A DNA stretch of 64,000 bases, from assembly GCA_046290225.1 (NCBI GenBank), contig JBKAGE010000077.1, positions 32,001 to 96,000 of the forward strand, read 5' to 3'. This DNA comes from Bradymonadia bacterium (GTDB taxonomy: Bacteria; Myxococcota_A; Bradymonadia; UBA7976; UBA1532). The notes beneath the pieces are model-generated. The model was not told where the DNA came from. It did no database searches and saw nothing but the letters and a program-made list of their open reading frames with translations. The position numbers were made by a program, and so were the translations under genes. Of the stretch, positions 50,732 to 61,385 are shown in pieces (position 1 is the stretch's first letter; every line of letters starts with the position of its first letter).

Positions 50732-51691
50732 ATGGGCATGTTGATCGACGGTCAGTGGCATCGGGAGAGCGAGATCCCCCGCACCGATGGCGCCTTCAAA
50801 CGGCAGAACAGCCAGTTTCGCAATTGGATCACGACAGATGGCGCCCCAGGGCCCAGCGGTGAGGGTGGGTTCCCTGCAGAAAAGGGGCGATACCATCTCT
50901 ACGTCTCTCACGCATGCCCGTGGGCCCACCGCACCCTGATCTTCAGAGCCCTCAAGGGCCTCGAGGATCACATCAGCATCTCGGTGGTGCACCCCGACAT
51001 GTTCGACGAAGGCTGGACCTTCGAGCCCGGCGAGGGGGTGATCCCCGATCCGATCCATGGGGCCACGCGTCTCTACGAGCTGTATCAGCGCGCTGATCCC
51101 AGCTACACCGCCCGAGTCACCGTGCCCCTGCTCTGGGACAAGGTCCGCGATTTGGCTGTATCGAACGAGTCATCGGAGATCATCCGCATGCTCAACAGCG
51201 CCTTCGACGACGTGGGCGCCACAGGACCCGACTTCTATCCCGAGCCGCTCCGAGCCGAGATCGACGCCATCAACGATCGCATCTATCACACGGTGAACAA
51301 CGGCGTGTACAAGACCGGGTTCGCCAGCAAACAGGCCATCTACGAGGCCGAAGTCACTGCGCTCTTCGACACCCTCGACTTTCTCGAAGATCACCTCGAA
51401 GGGCGCACCTTTCTCGTGGGTGAGACCCTCACCGAGGCGGACTGGCGGCTGTTCACCACCTTGATCAGGTTCGACGCCGTCTATGTGACTCACTTCAAGT
51501 GCAACAAGAAGCGCATTGCCGATTACCCGAGACTCCAGGCCTATTTGGAGCGTCTCTACGCCACACCTGGAGTGGCTGGCACTGTGCACATGGACCACAT
51601 CAAAGGGCACTACTTCAGGAGCCACCGCAGCCTCAACCCCAAGGGCATCGTGCCTCTGGGGCCAGATCTGCCCTTTATGCGACCCCTCTGA
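50732..51691 (+). CDS. yqjG: Glutathionyl-hydroquinone reductase (YqjG/Xi-class GST)
   Basis: GRYHLYVSHACPWAHR, VTVPLLWD, NESSEIIRM, NNGVYKTGFA, RFDAVY. Confidence 0.93.
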   Translation: MGMLIDGQWHRESEIPRTDGAFKRQNSQFRNWITTDGAPGPSGEGGFPAEKGRYHLYVSHACPWAHRTLIFRALKGLEDHISISVVHPDMFDEGWTFEPGEGVIPDPIHGATRLYELYQRADPSYTARVTVPLLWDKVRDLAVSNESSEIIRMLNSAFDDVGATGPDFYPEPLRAEIDAINDRIYHTVNNGVYKTGFASKQAIYEAEVTALFDTLDFLEDHLEGRTFLVGETLTEADWRLFTTLIRFDAVYVTHFKCNKKRIADYPRLQAYLERLYATPGVAGTVHMDHIKGHYFRSHRSLNPKGIVPLGPDLPFMRPL

Positions 51692-51703
51692 AAGGCGCCC
51701 TTC

Positions 51704-52540
51704 ATGTTGCGTATCATGATGCTGTTGGGCATCGCCCTCACACCAACGCCCATCCTCGCTCAAGCGCCAGGCTCACAGCCCAGCCCTACATCTCAGCCCA
51801 GTTCACAACCCAGCTCACAACCCGCTGCGCAGAACGCCTTCGCTGCGCCCATCGCCAGGGCCCATGGCGCAGCAGTGTATGCGAGCAAGGCCGCTGTGCA
51901 GGCCGACATCGAGCTGACTTTCGGCGGCAAGCCCCGCCTCAAAGGCACGATGCGGTTCGATCGCGCTTTGAGCAAAAGCCGCATCGAAACCCATGATGGG
52001 GTGATCATGGTCTTCGATGGTGAGAAGGCGTGGATCAGCCCCAAGGAGAACCCTCGAAAGAAGGTGCGCTTTGCGTTGCTGACGTGGCCCTATTTCATGG
52101 TGGCGCCCTTCAAGCTCGCTGATCCTGGAGTGAAGATCGCCGAAGCAGGGCAGATGCCATTGATGGCCGGTGGGGCCCCTCAGAGCGTGCTCAAGATGAC
52201 TTTTGCCGCAGGCATCGGTGACACACCAGATGACTGGTATATTCTGTACACCGATGACAAAAAACAGATGAAAGCCATGTCGTACATTGTCACGTATGGC
52301 ACCAAGGCAGAGAAGGCCGAGTCAGAGCCCCACGCGATTCAGTACCATGACTTCACCACTGTGGACGGGGTGGTCTTCGCCACCCGGTGGACCTTCCACC
52401 ACTGGTCCGAGCGCCAGGGAGTTCACGGCGCTCCCCTCGGCGAGGCCAGGCTGAGCAATATATCCTTTGTGCCTGCAAACATTCAGGATTTCACAGCCCC
52501 CGAACGATCTCGGGAAGACACACTCCCCCCCCAGAAATGA
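51704..52540 (+). CDS. Exported hypothetical protein (DUF6503-like)
   Basis: Signal peptide, SQPS repeats, PFKLADPG, GDTPDDWYILY. Confidence 0.7.
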   Translation: MLRIMMLLGIALTPTPILAQAPGSQPSPTSQPSSQPSSQPAAQNAFAAPIARAHGAAVYASKAAVQADIELTFGGKPRLKGTMRFDRALSKSRIETHDGVIMVFDGEKAWISPKENPRKKVRFALLTWPYFMVAPFKLADPGVKIAEAGQMPLMAGGAPQSVLKMTFAAGIGDTPDDWYILYTDDKKQMKAMSYIVTYGTKAEKAESEPHAIQYHDFTTVDGVVFATRWTFHHWSERQGVHGAPLGEARLSNISFVPANIQDFTAPERSREDTLPPQK

Positions 52541-52672
52541 TGGGTGTCTTGCCCCATTCCGGGGCACTGTAGGCTTTTGTATCATAATGTCAGAAACCGG
52601 GTGTCATCCAAGGTCGTACAAGGTATCCTCCTACCGTAGAGATACCTATCACCCGTTTGGGAGACACCGTTC

Positions 52673-54016
52673 ATGCTCAAGCACGCCAGCGCCGTCGCCA
52701 TGGGCCTTACCCTTGCCCTGAGCACACTGGCCCATGGCCAGTTTGTAGGTGGTCAGGGGGCTCAAATCGCTGACGGACTTTATGATCCGATCAGCGTCAG
52801 CCATCCATCATGTGCACCGCTGGCGCCGCCAGCAGGGCCGACGATTCAGATCGGTCCGGCGAATGCGGACACGCTGCCCTCGACGATCCTCAACGCTGCG
52901 TCGGGCACGGTGATCGTTCTCGAAGATGGGGTCTACACGTTCAGCTTCCAGGACGAGGCCTCGCGCCGTCTGCGGTTCGAGACACCCAACGTCACCCTCA
53001 CCTCGTTGTCGCAAGATGCCACTCGGGTGATCATTGATGGTGAGTATCTCACCAACGAGATGGCGTACATCACCGCCTCGAACATCACGATCTCCCACAT
53101 CACCTTCACCCGGGCGGTGGATCACCTGATCCACCTCACGCCGACTACAGGGGTGAACTCGACGAACGTGAAGCTCTATGGGCTGCGCCTCATCGATTCG
53201 GGTGAGCAGTTCATCAAGGGCAACCCCAACCCCGGTCGTACAGCCTGGCCCGACGACACCGAGGTGGCCTGCTCGGTCTTCATGCTCACCGATGACGGTC
53301 GCCCCAACGTGTCGACAGCAGTGAACGGCTGCTACACCGGCGGCATCGATGTGCACGGCGGCCGTGACTGGCACGTCCACCACAACTACTTCGGTGGCAT
53401 CTACTGCAAGAACGGCTCACTGGCTGAGCACGCGGTGCACTTCTGGCGTGGGGCCCGCGACACCCTCGTGGAGCAGAACATCATCGTCAACGGCGCGCGA
53501 GGCATCGGCTTTGGTCTGGCGAGCACCGGTGAGACCCGGCCTTACAACGACAACCCCTGCCCGGGTGCCAACGGCGGCTACGTGGGCCACCACGGAGGCA
53601 TCATCCGCGGCAACATCATCTACGCCGAGCATGCGTACTACGACGCAGGCATCAGCCTCGAGCAGGCCTGCGGCGTCGAGGTGCTTCACAACACGGTCTT
53701 CGAGACGAGCGACGCCTCCAACGGCTTCTCGTCAATCGAGTACCGCTATGACAACACCGACGCGTTGATCCAGAACAACATCACCCGCTTGATTCGCCAG
53801 CGGAACAACGGCTCGGCGACGACGCTCAACAACATCCAAGACGCCAAGAGCAGCCTCTTCGTGCGCCCCGACGCACGGAAGCTCGGCTTCCAGCTGCGCG
53901 CCTCGGCCACCTCCGCGGTGAACCAGGGCGCAGCCACGGCCAACGCAGGTGTCGATCTCGAGGGCAACGCCCGCAACAACGGCAACCCCGACATCGGCGC
54001 CCTCGAGCGGCAGTGA
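52673..54016 (+). CDS. Exported right-handed parallel beta-helix protein
   Basis: Signal peptide; [28 protein letters not shown]-terminal PDIGALE. Confidence 0.85.
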   Translation: MLKHASAVAMGLTLALSTLAHGQFVGGQGAQIADGLYDPISVSHPSCAPLAPPAGPTIQIGPANADTLPSTILNAASGTVIVLEDGVYTFSFQDEASRRLRFETPNVTLTSLSQDATRVIIDGEYLTNEMAYITASNITISHITFTRAVDHLIHLTPTTGVNSTNVKLYGLRLIDSGEQFIKGNPNPGRTAWPDDTEVACSVFMLTDDGRPNVSTAVNGCYTGGIDVHGGRDWHVHHNYFGGIYCKNGSLAEHAVHFWRGARDTLVEQNIIVNGARGIGFGLASTGETRPYNDNPCPGANGGYVGHHGGIIRGNIIYAEHAYYDAGISLEQACGVEVLHNTVFETSDASNGFSSIEYRYDNTDALIQNNITRLIRQRNNGSATTLNNIQDAKSSLFVRPDARKLGFQLRASATSAVNQGAATANAGVDLEGNARNNGNPDIGALERQ

Positions 54017-54027
54017 GGAGGCTGATC

Positions 54028-57000
54028 ATGAACCGCACATACATCTCTCGTAAGCGTTTGCTTCAAGCCCTCGCCGGCGCCTCGGTCATGGTGGCCACCT
54101 CGACAGCCTGGGCCACGATGGACCGCCACCACAGCTGTGTGGTGTCGACGACGGGTGCACTCTACTGCTGGGGCGCCAACGCCTCGGGCCAGCTCGGCCA
54201 GGGCGACGCCAACCTACGTGGTAACGATGCCAACGAGATGGGGGCCAACCTCTCCGCGGTGAGCCTGGGCACGGGCCGCACAGCCACCCGGGTGGCCATC
54301 GGCGACGATCACACCTGCGCGTTGCTCGACGACGCCTCGGTGAAATGCTGGGGTGACAACGCCTCGGGCCAGCTCGGACAGGGCAGCACCTCGACGCTGG
54401 GCGACGGCGCCAACGAGATGGGGGACAACCTCACCGCCGTCGATCTCGGCACTGGCCTCGCGGCGATGGCCGTGGCAGCCGGTAACACCCACTCCTGTGC
54501 GCTGATCACTGATGGCCGCGTGAAGTGCTGGGGGGCCAACGATTTTGGCCAGCTCGGCCTCGGTGACACCACCGTACGCGGCGACGACGCCAACGAGATG
54601 GGCGACAACCTGCCCTTCGTCGACCTCGGCACCGGCCGCACGGCGACGGCGCTGAGCGCTGGCGCCCATCACACCTGCGCGTTGCTCGACGACGCCTCGG
54701 TGAAGTGCTGGGGCGCCAATGATTTCGGCCAGCTCGGCCAGGGCAACACCGCGATCCGCGGTGATGACATCAACGACATGGGCGATCTGCTGCCCGCGGT
54801 GGCTCTCGGTACGGGCCGCACAGCCCTCGATCTCACCACGGGTGCAGATCACAGCTGCGCGCTGCTCGACAACGGCCGCCTCAAGTGCTGGGGCTACAAC
54901 GGCTCCGGGCAGCTCGGTCAGGGCGACACGGCCCACCGCGGTGACGGCGCCAACGAGATGGGCGACAACCTCGCAGTCATCGATCTCGGCGGCGCGGTGG
55001 GGGCAGGCCTCACGGTGCTGGCGGTGGCCGCCGGCGACGATCACACCTGCGCCCTGCGGGACGACAACACGGTGAAGTGCTGGGGTGCCAACATCTCGGG
55101 CCAGCTCGGCCTGGAGAGCACCGATACACTTGGTGACGCAGCCAACGAGATGGGCAACGCCCTCGCCACGGTCGACCTGGGTACGGGCCGTACTGCTGGT
55201 GCGCTCGGCGCCGGCTCGGATCACACCTGCGCGGTGCTCGACAACAACACACTGGTCTGCTGGGGCCTCAACCAGCACGGTCAGCTCGGTCAGGGCGTGA
55301 CCACCTGGTGGGGCGACGGGGCCGACGAGATGGGTGACGATCTCGTGGCGGTCTCCCTGAGCGGCACGCCCGAGCTGCCGATGAACTTCGGCGGCCTGAG
55401 CCGCTGCCCGGATCAAGATCTCGACGGGGTCTGTGACGCCGACGACAACTGTGTGGCCAACGCCAACCTGAACCAGGCCGATGCTGACGCTGACGGCCAG
55501 GGCGATGTCTGTGACGTCTGCCCCAACGACGCCAACGACGACGCTGACGGCGACGGTCTCTGCGCCGACGTGGACAACTGCCCTGGCGCAGCAAACGCCG
55601 CCCAGACCGACACCGACGCCGACAGTCTTGGTGATGCCTGCGATGTCTGCCCCAACGACGCCACGAACGATGCTGACGGTGATGGGGTCTGCCAAGATGT
55701 AGACAACTGCCCCGGCGTGGCGAACCCCAACCAGGAAGACAACAACGGCGACGGCTACGGCGATGCCTGTGTGAGCCTCGGGGCGAACATCCATCCCACG
55801 GCCACCCTGGGCAGCGCCGTCGTCGTGGGCAATGGGGTCACCCTCGGTCCCTACGCCGACGTTGGCGACGGTGCCACGGTTCTCGGTGACGTGGGCGACA
55901 ACAGCAGCATCGGTGCGGGCTCGGTGGTCGGCGCAGGCTGTGTGGTGGGCAACGCCGTCGTCCTCGGCGCCAACGTCTCCCTCGGCGCCAACTGTGTGGT
56001 CGACACCCTCGCCGAGATCGGCGCGGGCAGCAGCGTCGGCGTCGCCGGCAGCGTGGGCACGCAGAGCACTCTGGGCGCCAACGTCACTTTGGGTGACGGG
56101 GTCTCTGTCGGCGCCATCTCCCAGGTGGGCGACAATGGCAACTTCGCCGCCGGCTCATCTGTATCGCCAAACACCATCGTGGGCGCCAACGCTCAGGTGG
56201 GCACCAACAGCGCCATCAGTGGCAACGCCCGAGTGGGTGACGATCTCGTCCTCGGCGCCGATGCGGTCATCGGGCCCAACAGCATCATTGGCGATCGCGC
56301 CGCCTTCGGTGACAACACGTCCACTGAGGCCTACGCGGTCATCGGCAATGACTTCTCCATTGGCGCTGGCTCCGAGATGGCCTCGGGCGCCACAGCCGGT
56401 AACGATGTCAACATCGGCGCCGGCGTCGAGGTCCGTGGTGCCCTGGGCAACCGCGTGATTCTCGAAGACAACGTCTTTGTGGGCAACCAGAGCAACGTGA
56501 GCGACGACTGCCACCTGCAGACCAACGCGAGCCTGGGCATCTTCGTCGATCTCGGCACCAACTGCGCCATCAGCCCCGACGTGGCGATCTTCGATGGTGC
56601 AAGCCTCGGCGTCGACGCGGTCATCGGCGCTCGGACGACAATTTTGTTCCGCAGCACCCTCGGGGATCGTGCCGATGTGTCCACCGACACGATCATCGAC
56701 GAGCAGGTCACCATCGGCGATGACTTCACCCTCGGCGCAAACAGCCGCCTCTGGCCCCGAAGCACGTACGGCAACGACGTCACCATCGGCGCCAACACCC
56801 TCATTCGCGACACGGCGACTGTGGGCGATGGGGTCATCGTGGAGGACAACGTTCTCATCTACCCCGAGGTCAACATCGGGGATGAGACGATCATCCGCGC
56901 GAGCGTGGAGATTGGCGTGGAGACCTGTGCCACCCGCGTGTGTGGTCAGGTGGACATCGGCGGCTGCCTCGACGTGAACGCTGATCAGGCACCGGGCACG

Positions 57001-57678
57001 ACCCTCGCTGGCCAGTGCGAGGCGACGATCGTGGTGAACGGCGCGAGCCGCAACTGGTCCGATGGCACCTACGCCACGGCCTGTCACGACTACCGCTACC
57101 CCGACGGGGTGGACTACGTGTACGGCGGCGCCACTGGTGATGGCCGCTACACCATCGACACCGACGGCAGCGGCGGCGACGCGCCCTTCGATGTGTACTG
57201 CGACATGACGACTGATGGTGGTGGTTGGACTCTGGTGGACAACGACGCCACCAACGCTGGCACCTTCGGCTCACGTACTCTGGGTGCCAACACCGACATC
57301 AACACCACCCGCGGCGCGGTGCTGCCGTCCTACGACTGGTCGGCCAGCCCCCAGCTGCTCTGCAAGTCGAGCCGCTTCACGGGCACGCTGCCCTGGCTCA
57401 CCTTCAACGTCGTCTCTGCATCAGGCCGCAACTACCCCACGACGACGACGATTGCTGCAGCTGGCTCCGGCGGTCACTTCTCCTACGCCAACCTCAACGG
57501 AAACACCGCTCGAGGCACGGCGGCCTGGATCTACGTGGGCAATGGCCGCTTCGGTTCGGTCTGGATCGGCGCCGGCAGCAACAGCACCTGCTCGTGCAAC
57601 TACGGCAGCGGTCGCCACACCGGCCTGGGCACCTACGGCCCGGGTACCTCTGCAACCTGTAGCACCTGGGTTCGCTAG
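54028..57678 (+). CDS. RCC1 + TSP3 + left-handed beta-helix + fibrinogen-like ([11 protein letters not shown]) exported protein
   Basis: GAGGAGG RBS before ATG 54028; one RCC1 module, TSP3 repeats, hexapeptide region, [15 protein letters not shown]. Confidence 0.9.
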   Translation: MNRTYISRKRLLQALAGASVMVATSTAWATMDRHHSCVVSTTGALYCWGANASGQLGQGDANLRGNDANEMGANLSAVSLGTGRTATRVAIGDDHTCALLDDASVKCWGDNASGQLGQGSTSTLGDGANEMGDNLTAVDLGTGLAAMAVAAGNTHSCALITDGRVKCWGANDFGQLGLGDTTVRGDDANEMGDNLPFVDLGTGRTATALSAGAHHTCALLDDASVKCWGANDFGQLGQGNTAIRGDDINDMGDLLPAVALGTGRTALDLTTGADHSCALLDNGRLKCWGYNGSGQLGQGDTAHRGDGANEMGDNLAVIDLGGAVGAGLTVLAVAAGDDHTCALRDDNTVKCWGANISGQLGLESTDTLGDAANEMGNALATVDLGTGRTAGALGAGSDHTCAVLDNNTLVCWGLNQHGQLGQGVTTWWGDGADEMGDDLVAVSLSGTPELPMNFGGLSRCPDQDLDGVCDADDNCVANANLNQADADADGQGDVCDVCPNDANDDADGDGLCADVDNCPGAANAAQTDTDADSLGDACDVCPNDATNDADGDGVCQDVDNCPGVANPNQEDNNGDGYGDACVSLGANIHPTATLGSAVVVGNGVTLGPYADVGDGATVLGDVGDNSSIGAGSVVGAGCVVGNAVVLGANVSLGANCVVDTLAEIGAGSSVGVAGSVGTQSTLGANVTLGDGVSVGAISQVGDNGNFAAGSSVSPNTIVGANAQVGTNSAISGNARVGDDLVLGADAVIGPNSIIGDRAAFGDNTSTEAYAVIGNDFSIGAGSEMASGATAGNDVNIGAGVEVRGALGNRVILEDNVFVGNQSNVSDDCHLQTNASLGIFVDLGTNCAISPDVAIFDGASLGVDAVIGARTTILFRSTLGDRADVSTDTIIDEQVTIGDDFTLGANSRLWPRSTYGNDVTIGANTLIRDTATVGDGVIVEDNVLIYPEVNIGDETIIRASVEIGVETCATRVCGQVDIGGCLDVNADQAPGTTLAGQCEATIVVNGASRNWSDGTYATACHDYRYPDGVDYVYGGATGDGRYTIDTDGSGGDAPFDVYCDMTTDGGGWTLVDNDATNAGTFGSRTLGANTDINTTRGAVLPSYDWSASPQLLCKSSRFTGTLPWLTFNVVSASGRNYPTTTTIAAAGSGGHFSYANLNGNTARGTAAWIYVGNGRFGSVWIGAGSNSTCSCNYGSGRHTGLGTYGPGTSATCSTWVR

Positions 57679-57765
57679 GCTCCGGTGCTCCGGCGGCGTC
57701 AGCCGCCGTGAGCGCCTCCGCGGGGTTCGTGCATGCGTAGGTGGCGGCCTCGCTGACGCTCGCAA

Positions 57766-58062
57766 AGAGAGTTTTTCGGGCACGGGCACGGGCACGGGCA
57801 CGGGCACGAGTTGATACATACTCTGACCCGTGGCCTTGCCTGAGTTCAGGGCGAAGATTGTCATTACAACTGAGATGGTGAGCTTCAGCACAGCCTGAGA
57901 ATTCAGGTCTTGGGGGGTATGGAGGAGGTCAGAACCTCCACTGAGAAAAGCGTGGGGCTGAGTAGAGCCTCCACCACCATAAACCTACGAGCGGAGCCAT
58001 GCTGGGCTACGGGTCAGAGTATGTATCAACTCGTGCCCGTGCCCGTGCCCGAAAAACTCTCT
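57766..58062. repeat. Inverted-repeat element with internal GGGCAC hexamer tandem arrays
   Basis: AGAGAGTTTTTC-(GGGCAC)5-GAGTTGATACATACTCTGACCCGT at 57766-57831; inverted copy with 3 hexamers at 58005-58062. Confidence 0.9.
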
Positions 58063-58663
58063 ACCGCTGGTTATCAGCAGACACCCCAAAGAGCCAAGCG
58101 ATGTTCGCTCGGGGCTGATGACAGTTGATGCAGAAGTCGACCTGGCCAGTGAACGACGCAGTCCCATCATTCTCGATGCGGGCCCACCACCAGTCCTCAG
58201 CACCGTTGTCGAAGCCCTCGCCCACCTTGGCCATCACCGTCAGAGCGGTGGGATCACCGTCAGCGTTGAACTGAGGTTTGACGAGCATTGCCCCAGCGGG
58301 GATGTCGAAGTCGCCCTCGGTAGCCTCCGGATCGATGCCGCGGTAGACATCGACGATGTCGTTGCTCACCCAGTAGTCCACCATATCGCCACCATGCTGC
58401 GACATGCGGCGCTCGCTGTTGATCTGGGTGAAGCCCTCGTCCTGGTAGGCCACAGCCCGGGCCACGAAGGCAGCCTCGTCGAGGCCACCGCCAGCACCGC
58501 CCTCAGGGGTGCCGCCCATGGCCTCGCCGCCGGCGCCGCCCATGGCTTCTCCGCCCGAGCCGGCCTCTCCACCACCATCATCGTCGTCGCCACCACAGGC
58601 GAAGAGGGTCAGGCTCAGCGAGGCGATCAACAGTCGATTCCAGCGGCGTTCAACGATGCGCAT
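58061..58663 (-). CDS. Cytochrome P460-like lipoprotein
   Basis: LTLFAC lipobox; PAGAMLVK, LTVMAK, DWWWA, CINCH heme motif. Confidence 0.8.
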   Translation of the reverse strand: MRIVERRWNRLLIASLSLTLFACGGDDDDGGGEAGSGGEAMGGAGGEAMGGTPEGGAGGGLDEAAFVARAVAYQDEGFTQINSERRMSQHGGDMVDYWVSNDIVDVYRGIDPEATEGDFDIPAGAMLVKPQFNADGDPTALTVMAKVGEGFDNGAEDWWWARIENDGTASFTGQVDFCINCHQPRANIAWLFGVSADNQR

Positions 58664-59795
58664 GATGGCTCCTTTTATCGGGTATGCCACAGGCAGTGAA
58701 GGCCTTGGCAAAGGCCTGCCTGCCTCGGGCGTCGAGATGGTTGTAGAGGAAAGCCCGGCCGTCGCACATCGCGTCGGCGTGTTGCCTCACCCCCTTGTCG
58801 TCAGAGGTGAGGGCACACTGGAGGTCAAAGCGCCCCAAGGGCACCTCTCGCTCAGGGCATTGGAACTTCGTGCCTTTGTCGGTGGTGATGCGCTGCACCT
58901 CGGCGCCGCTCGGACACGTCACCGAAACACACGGATCAGCAGCGTTGGGATCGTCGGGCCGATAGCCCTCCAACGGCGCGTGATCCACCAACAAGGTCTT
59001 GGGCGTGAAGAAGCCCACGGCGTCGGTGCCGCGGTTCACATTGATGGGCGATGGCCCCGTGGTGATCTCAGGGCGATGGCTGGTGTGACAGCCAGCACAA
59101 TCCGAGCGGGCGCGGTACACCTTGATGGCCTTCTTCCGCCGCTTGGGACGGGTCTTCCATGGGAAGCCGACGCCCTGGCGCATCGCACCGTAGATCGCCT
59201 CGTGCACCTGCCCTTTGACCGCCTGATCGCCTCGAAGCCAGGTGTAGCCGAACAGATCCGCCTCTGCTCCAGGGCCCACAGGCCGGAACACGCGGAAAGT
59301 CTGAGCCCCGTCAGCACCGATCTCGGTGCCGCGTACATCGGCCACCCGGTAGGGCGCCTGCGCCTTGGGTCGCCAGTACTCCACCCGATCGGAGATTGTG
59401 CCCTTCGGGTAGTCGAGGGTCAGCTGACCATGAGGACCTTCCACTGTCTTGATCACACCATCCTTGGGGATCTTCAGCCAGATACGGGTGGTGGAGCGGC
59501 CCCCGGTTCCGCCGGGCAAGTGCACTGGCGGTGTCAGAGAGACGAACCCCTGATCAGCCCACCATGTCTGCTGGCCAGAGATGATCGTCGCCCCTTCTGG
59601 AGGCGCGGGCGACCCGTGGTCATGACTGTGATCGCCATGATCATGACTGTGATCTCCATGGTCATGCCCATGACCATCGTGCTCGTGGCTTCCACCGGCG
59701 CTGATGAAGTACGCGCCGACGAATGCGCCGATACACACCGCGGCGACACCGAGCATCTTCGCCAGGGTGGCAGCATCTCGGCCCGGACCGCTCAC
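58650..59795 (-). CDS. Membrane-anchored His-rich c-type cytochrome-like protein
   Basis: N-terminal TM, HEHDGHGHDHGDHSHDHGDHSHDH tract, CAGCH motif, extra Cys. Confidence 0.7.
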   Translation of the reverse strand: MSGPGRDAATLAKMLGVAAVCIGAFVGAYFISAGGSHEHDGHGHDHGDHSHDHGDHSHDHGSPAPPEGATIISGQQTWWADQGFVSLTPPVHLPGGTGGRSTTRIWLKIPKDGVIKTVEGPHGQLTLDYPKGTISDRVEYWRPKAQAPYRVADVRGTEIGADGAQTFRVFRPVGPGAEADLFGYTWLRGDQAVKGQVHEAIYGAMRQGVGFPWKTRPKRRKKAIKVYRARSDCAGCHTSHRPEITTGPSPINVNRGTDAVGFFTPKTLLVDHAPLEGYRPDDPNAADPCVSVTCPSGAEVQRITTDKGTKFQCPEREVPLGRFDLQCALTSDDKGVRQHADAMCDGRAFLYNHLDARGRQAFAKAFTACGIPDKRSHHAHR

Positions 59796-59796
59796 C

Positions 59797-60546
59797 TCAA
59801 CGCTCCGGAGCAGGCCAGCGGGCCTCGATGTCGGCGATGACCGGAGATCCGAGGATGCCCGCGCGCTTCAGCTCGAGGGCCGCCTCGACGAGGGCCTTCC
59901 GAGATACACCCGCCTGAGCACAGACCTCGGCGTTGGCCTCTTCGTTCGCCCAGGCGAACGCCACCAGCATGGGCAGGGTGGGCTGGATGAACCGCACCAT
60001 GCGATCGCTGGGGCGCCGGTAGAACAAGATGGTCACCGGCGTCGGCTTCAGCGGGATATCACGGCCACTCTTGATGCCTCGGATATAGCCCGGCACCGTA
60101 TGGGTGTAGGCTCGGATGCTCGCCGTGGGGTTCACGACGTCGGCTTCTACGTCGAAGGGTCGCGTGTCACGGGTGGTCGTGTAGTAGAGATACTCGTAGT
60201 CGGCGATTTGAGCCCACAGCTCACGGGCTTCGAGATCAGTCTGCTCGATGAGCCAACCGGCAAAGCCTTCACCGAAGACGTTGAGATCCCAGTGGCTGCT
60301 GGGTCGCCCGAGGGCATAGGTGTCCACGAGAGCCCGCCAGGCCTTTCGCTCACCCACAGCCTGCTCTACGCCGGGATACAGGTAGCCCATGATCCGCCGA
60401 TGGTTGGCGCGGATCAGCTGCGCATAAAAGGCGATGTGATCATCACGAGAGGGCGAGTCGCCGAGGCGTTGCTGCAGCTCGGCAGGATCAATCTCTCCGC
60501 GCAGGAACGGCACCATGGCGTCGAAGAACTGCTGCAGGTTGCTCAC
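59797..60546 (-). CDS. DUF2063-type MNIO partner protein (HvfC/BufC-like)
   Basis: FYAQL...LYPGV...W..LV..Y...PS...L..FGEGFAGWL...ADYEY pattern; ATGA-coupled to the DUF692 gene. Confidence 0.85.
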   Translation of the reverse strand: MSNLQQFFDAMVPFLRGEIDPAELQQRLGDSPSRDDHIAFYAQLIRANHRRIMGYLYPGVEQAVGERKAWRALVDTYALGRPSSHWDLNVFGEGFAGWLIEQTDLEARELWAQIADYEYLYYTTTRDTRPFDVEADVVNPTASIRAYTHTVPGYIRGIKSGRDIPLKPTPVTILFYRRPSDRMVRFIQPTLPMLVAFAWANEEANAEVCAQAGVSRKALVEAALELKRAGILGSPVIADIEARWPAPER

Positions 60547-61379
60547 GCCTCACCCCCAACGGCCTCGGGCGTGGCGAACTTTTGCCAGATGGCCCGGGCC
60601 TTGTCGGCCTCGTCGATCACGCGATCGAGGGGCGGGATCTCCATGTCCCACTCGATGAGGGTGGGGGCTGGCCCCGTGCGGTGCAACGCCTCGCTGTACA
60701 TCTGCCACACCGGATCGATCACCGGGCTGCCGTGGTTGTCCACGGCGAGATCTCCGACATACTTGTGGCCGGCGAGGTGAATACGCCCGGTCTTCTCCAA
60801 GGGCAGAGCCTGTAGATCAGCATGGGCGTCGGTGCCGTGGTTGTGGGCGTTCACGTACACATTGTTCACGTCGAGCATCAGGCCGCAGCCGGCCTCTTCG
60901 ATGACCGTGGTGACGAACTCACCTTCAGTCATCTCGGCGCCGGGCATGATGGCGTAGGTGCTCACGTTCTCGAGCAGGATCGGGCGCTCGAGCATCTCCT
61001 GCACCTGCTTGACCCGTCGGGCGATGTGCAACGCCGCTTCGTGGGTAAATGGCAGGGGCAGGAGGTCATAGAAATTTTGACCGTGGGCCGTGGCGAAGCA
61101 CAGATGCTCGGTGAACACCGGCACGCCGAGCCGATCGAGCAGGGCTTTCACCAGCTCGATGTGACCCCGGTCAATCGGATCAGGCCCACCGAGGGACATG
61201 GACACGCCGTGCACCCCAATGGGCCAGCGCTCGGCGCAGGCGTCGAGGGTCTTGCCCCCGACGCCGCCGTTGGCGATGAAGTTCTCGGGAATGATCTCCA
61301 ACCAGTCGATCTGTCGATCAGTCTTCTGGATGCTGGAGAAATGCTCCCGCCTCAGGCCAATGCCCACTCCCTCTTCCAT
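60543..61379 (-). CDS. DUF692 multinuclear non-heme iron oxidase (MNIO; MbnB/TglH/ChrH/BufB family)
   Basis: GIGLRREH, EIIPEN, HGVSMSLG, EHL, DLLPLP, LENVSTY, LDVNNVYVN, HLAGH, DNHG, IEWD. Confidence 0.95.
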   Translation of the reverse strand: MEEGVGIGLRREHFSSIQKTDRQIDWLEIIPENFIANGGVGGKTLDACAERWPIGVHGVSMSLGGPDPIDRGHIELVKALLDRLGVPVFTEHLCFATAHGQNFYDLLPLPFTHEAALHIARRVKQVQEMLERPILLENVSTYAIMPGAEMTEGEFVTTVIEEAGCGLMLDVNNVYVNAHNHGTDAHADLQALPLEKTGRIHLAGHKYVGDLAVDNHGSPVIDPVWQMYSEALHRTGPAPTLIEWDMEIPPLDRVIDEADKARAIWQKFATPEAVGGEA

Positions 61380-61385
61380 GGACGC

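Noticed and set aside
39967..57678. Possible diversity-generating retroelement or CRISPR-like periodicity among the repeats
   Set aside because: Repeats are in-frame protein repeats; no reverse transcriptase, Cas gene, unique spacers or adenine-specific mismatch pattern seen
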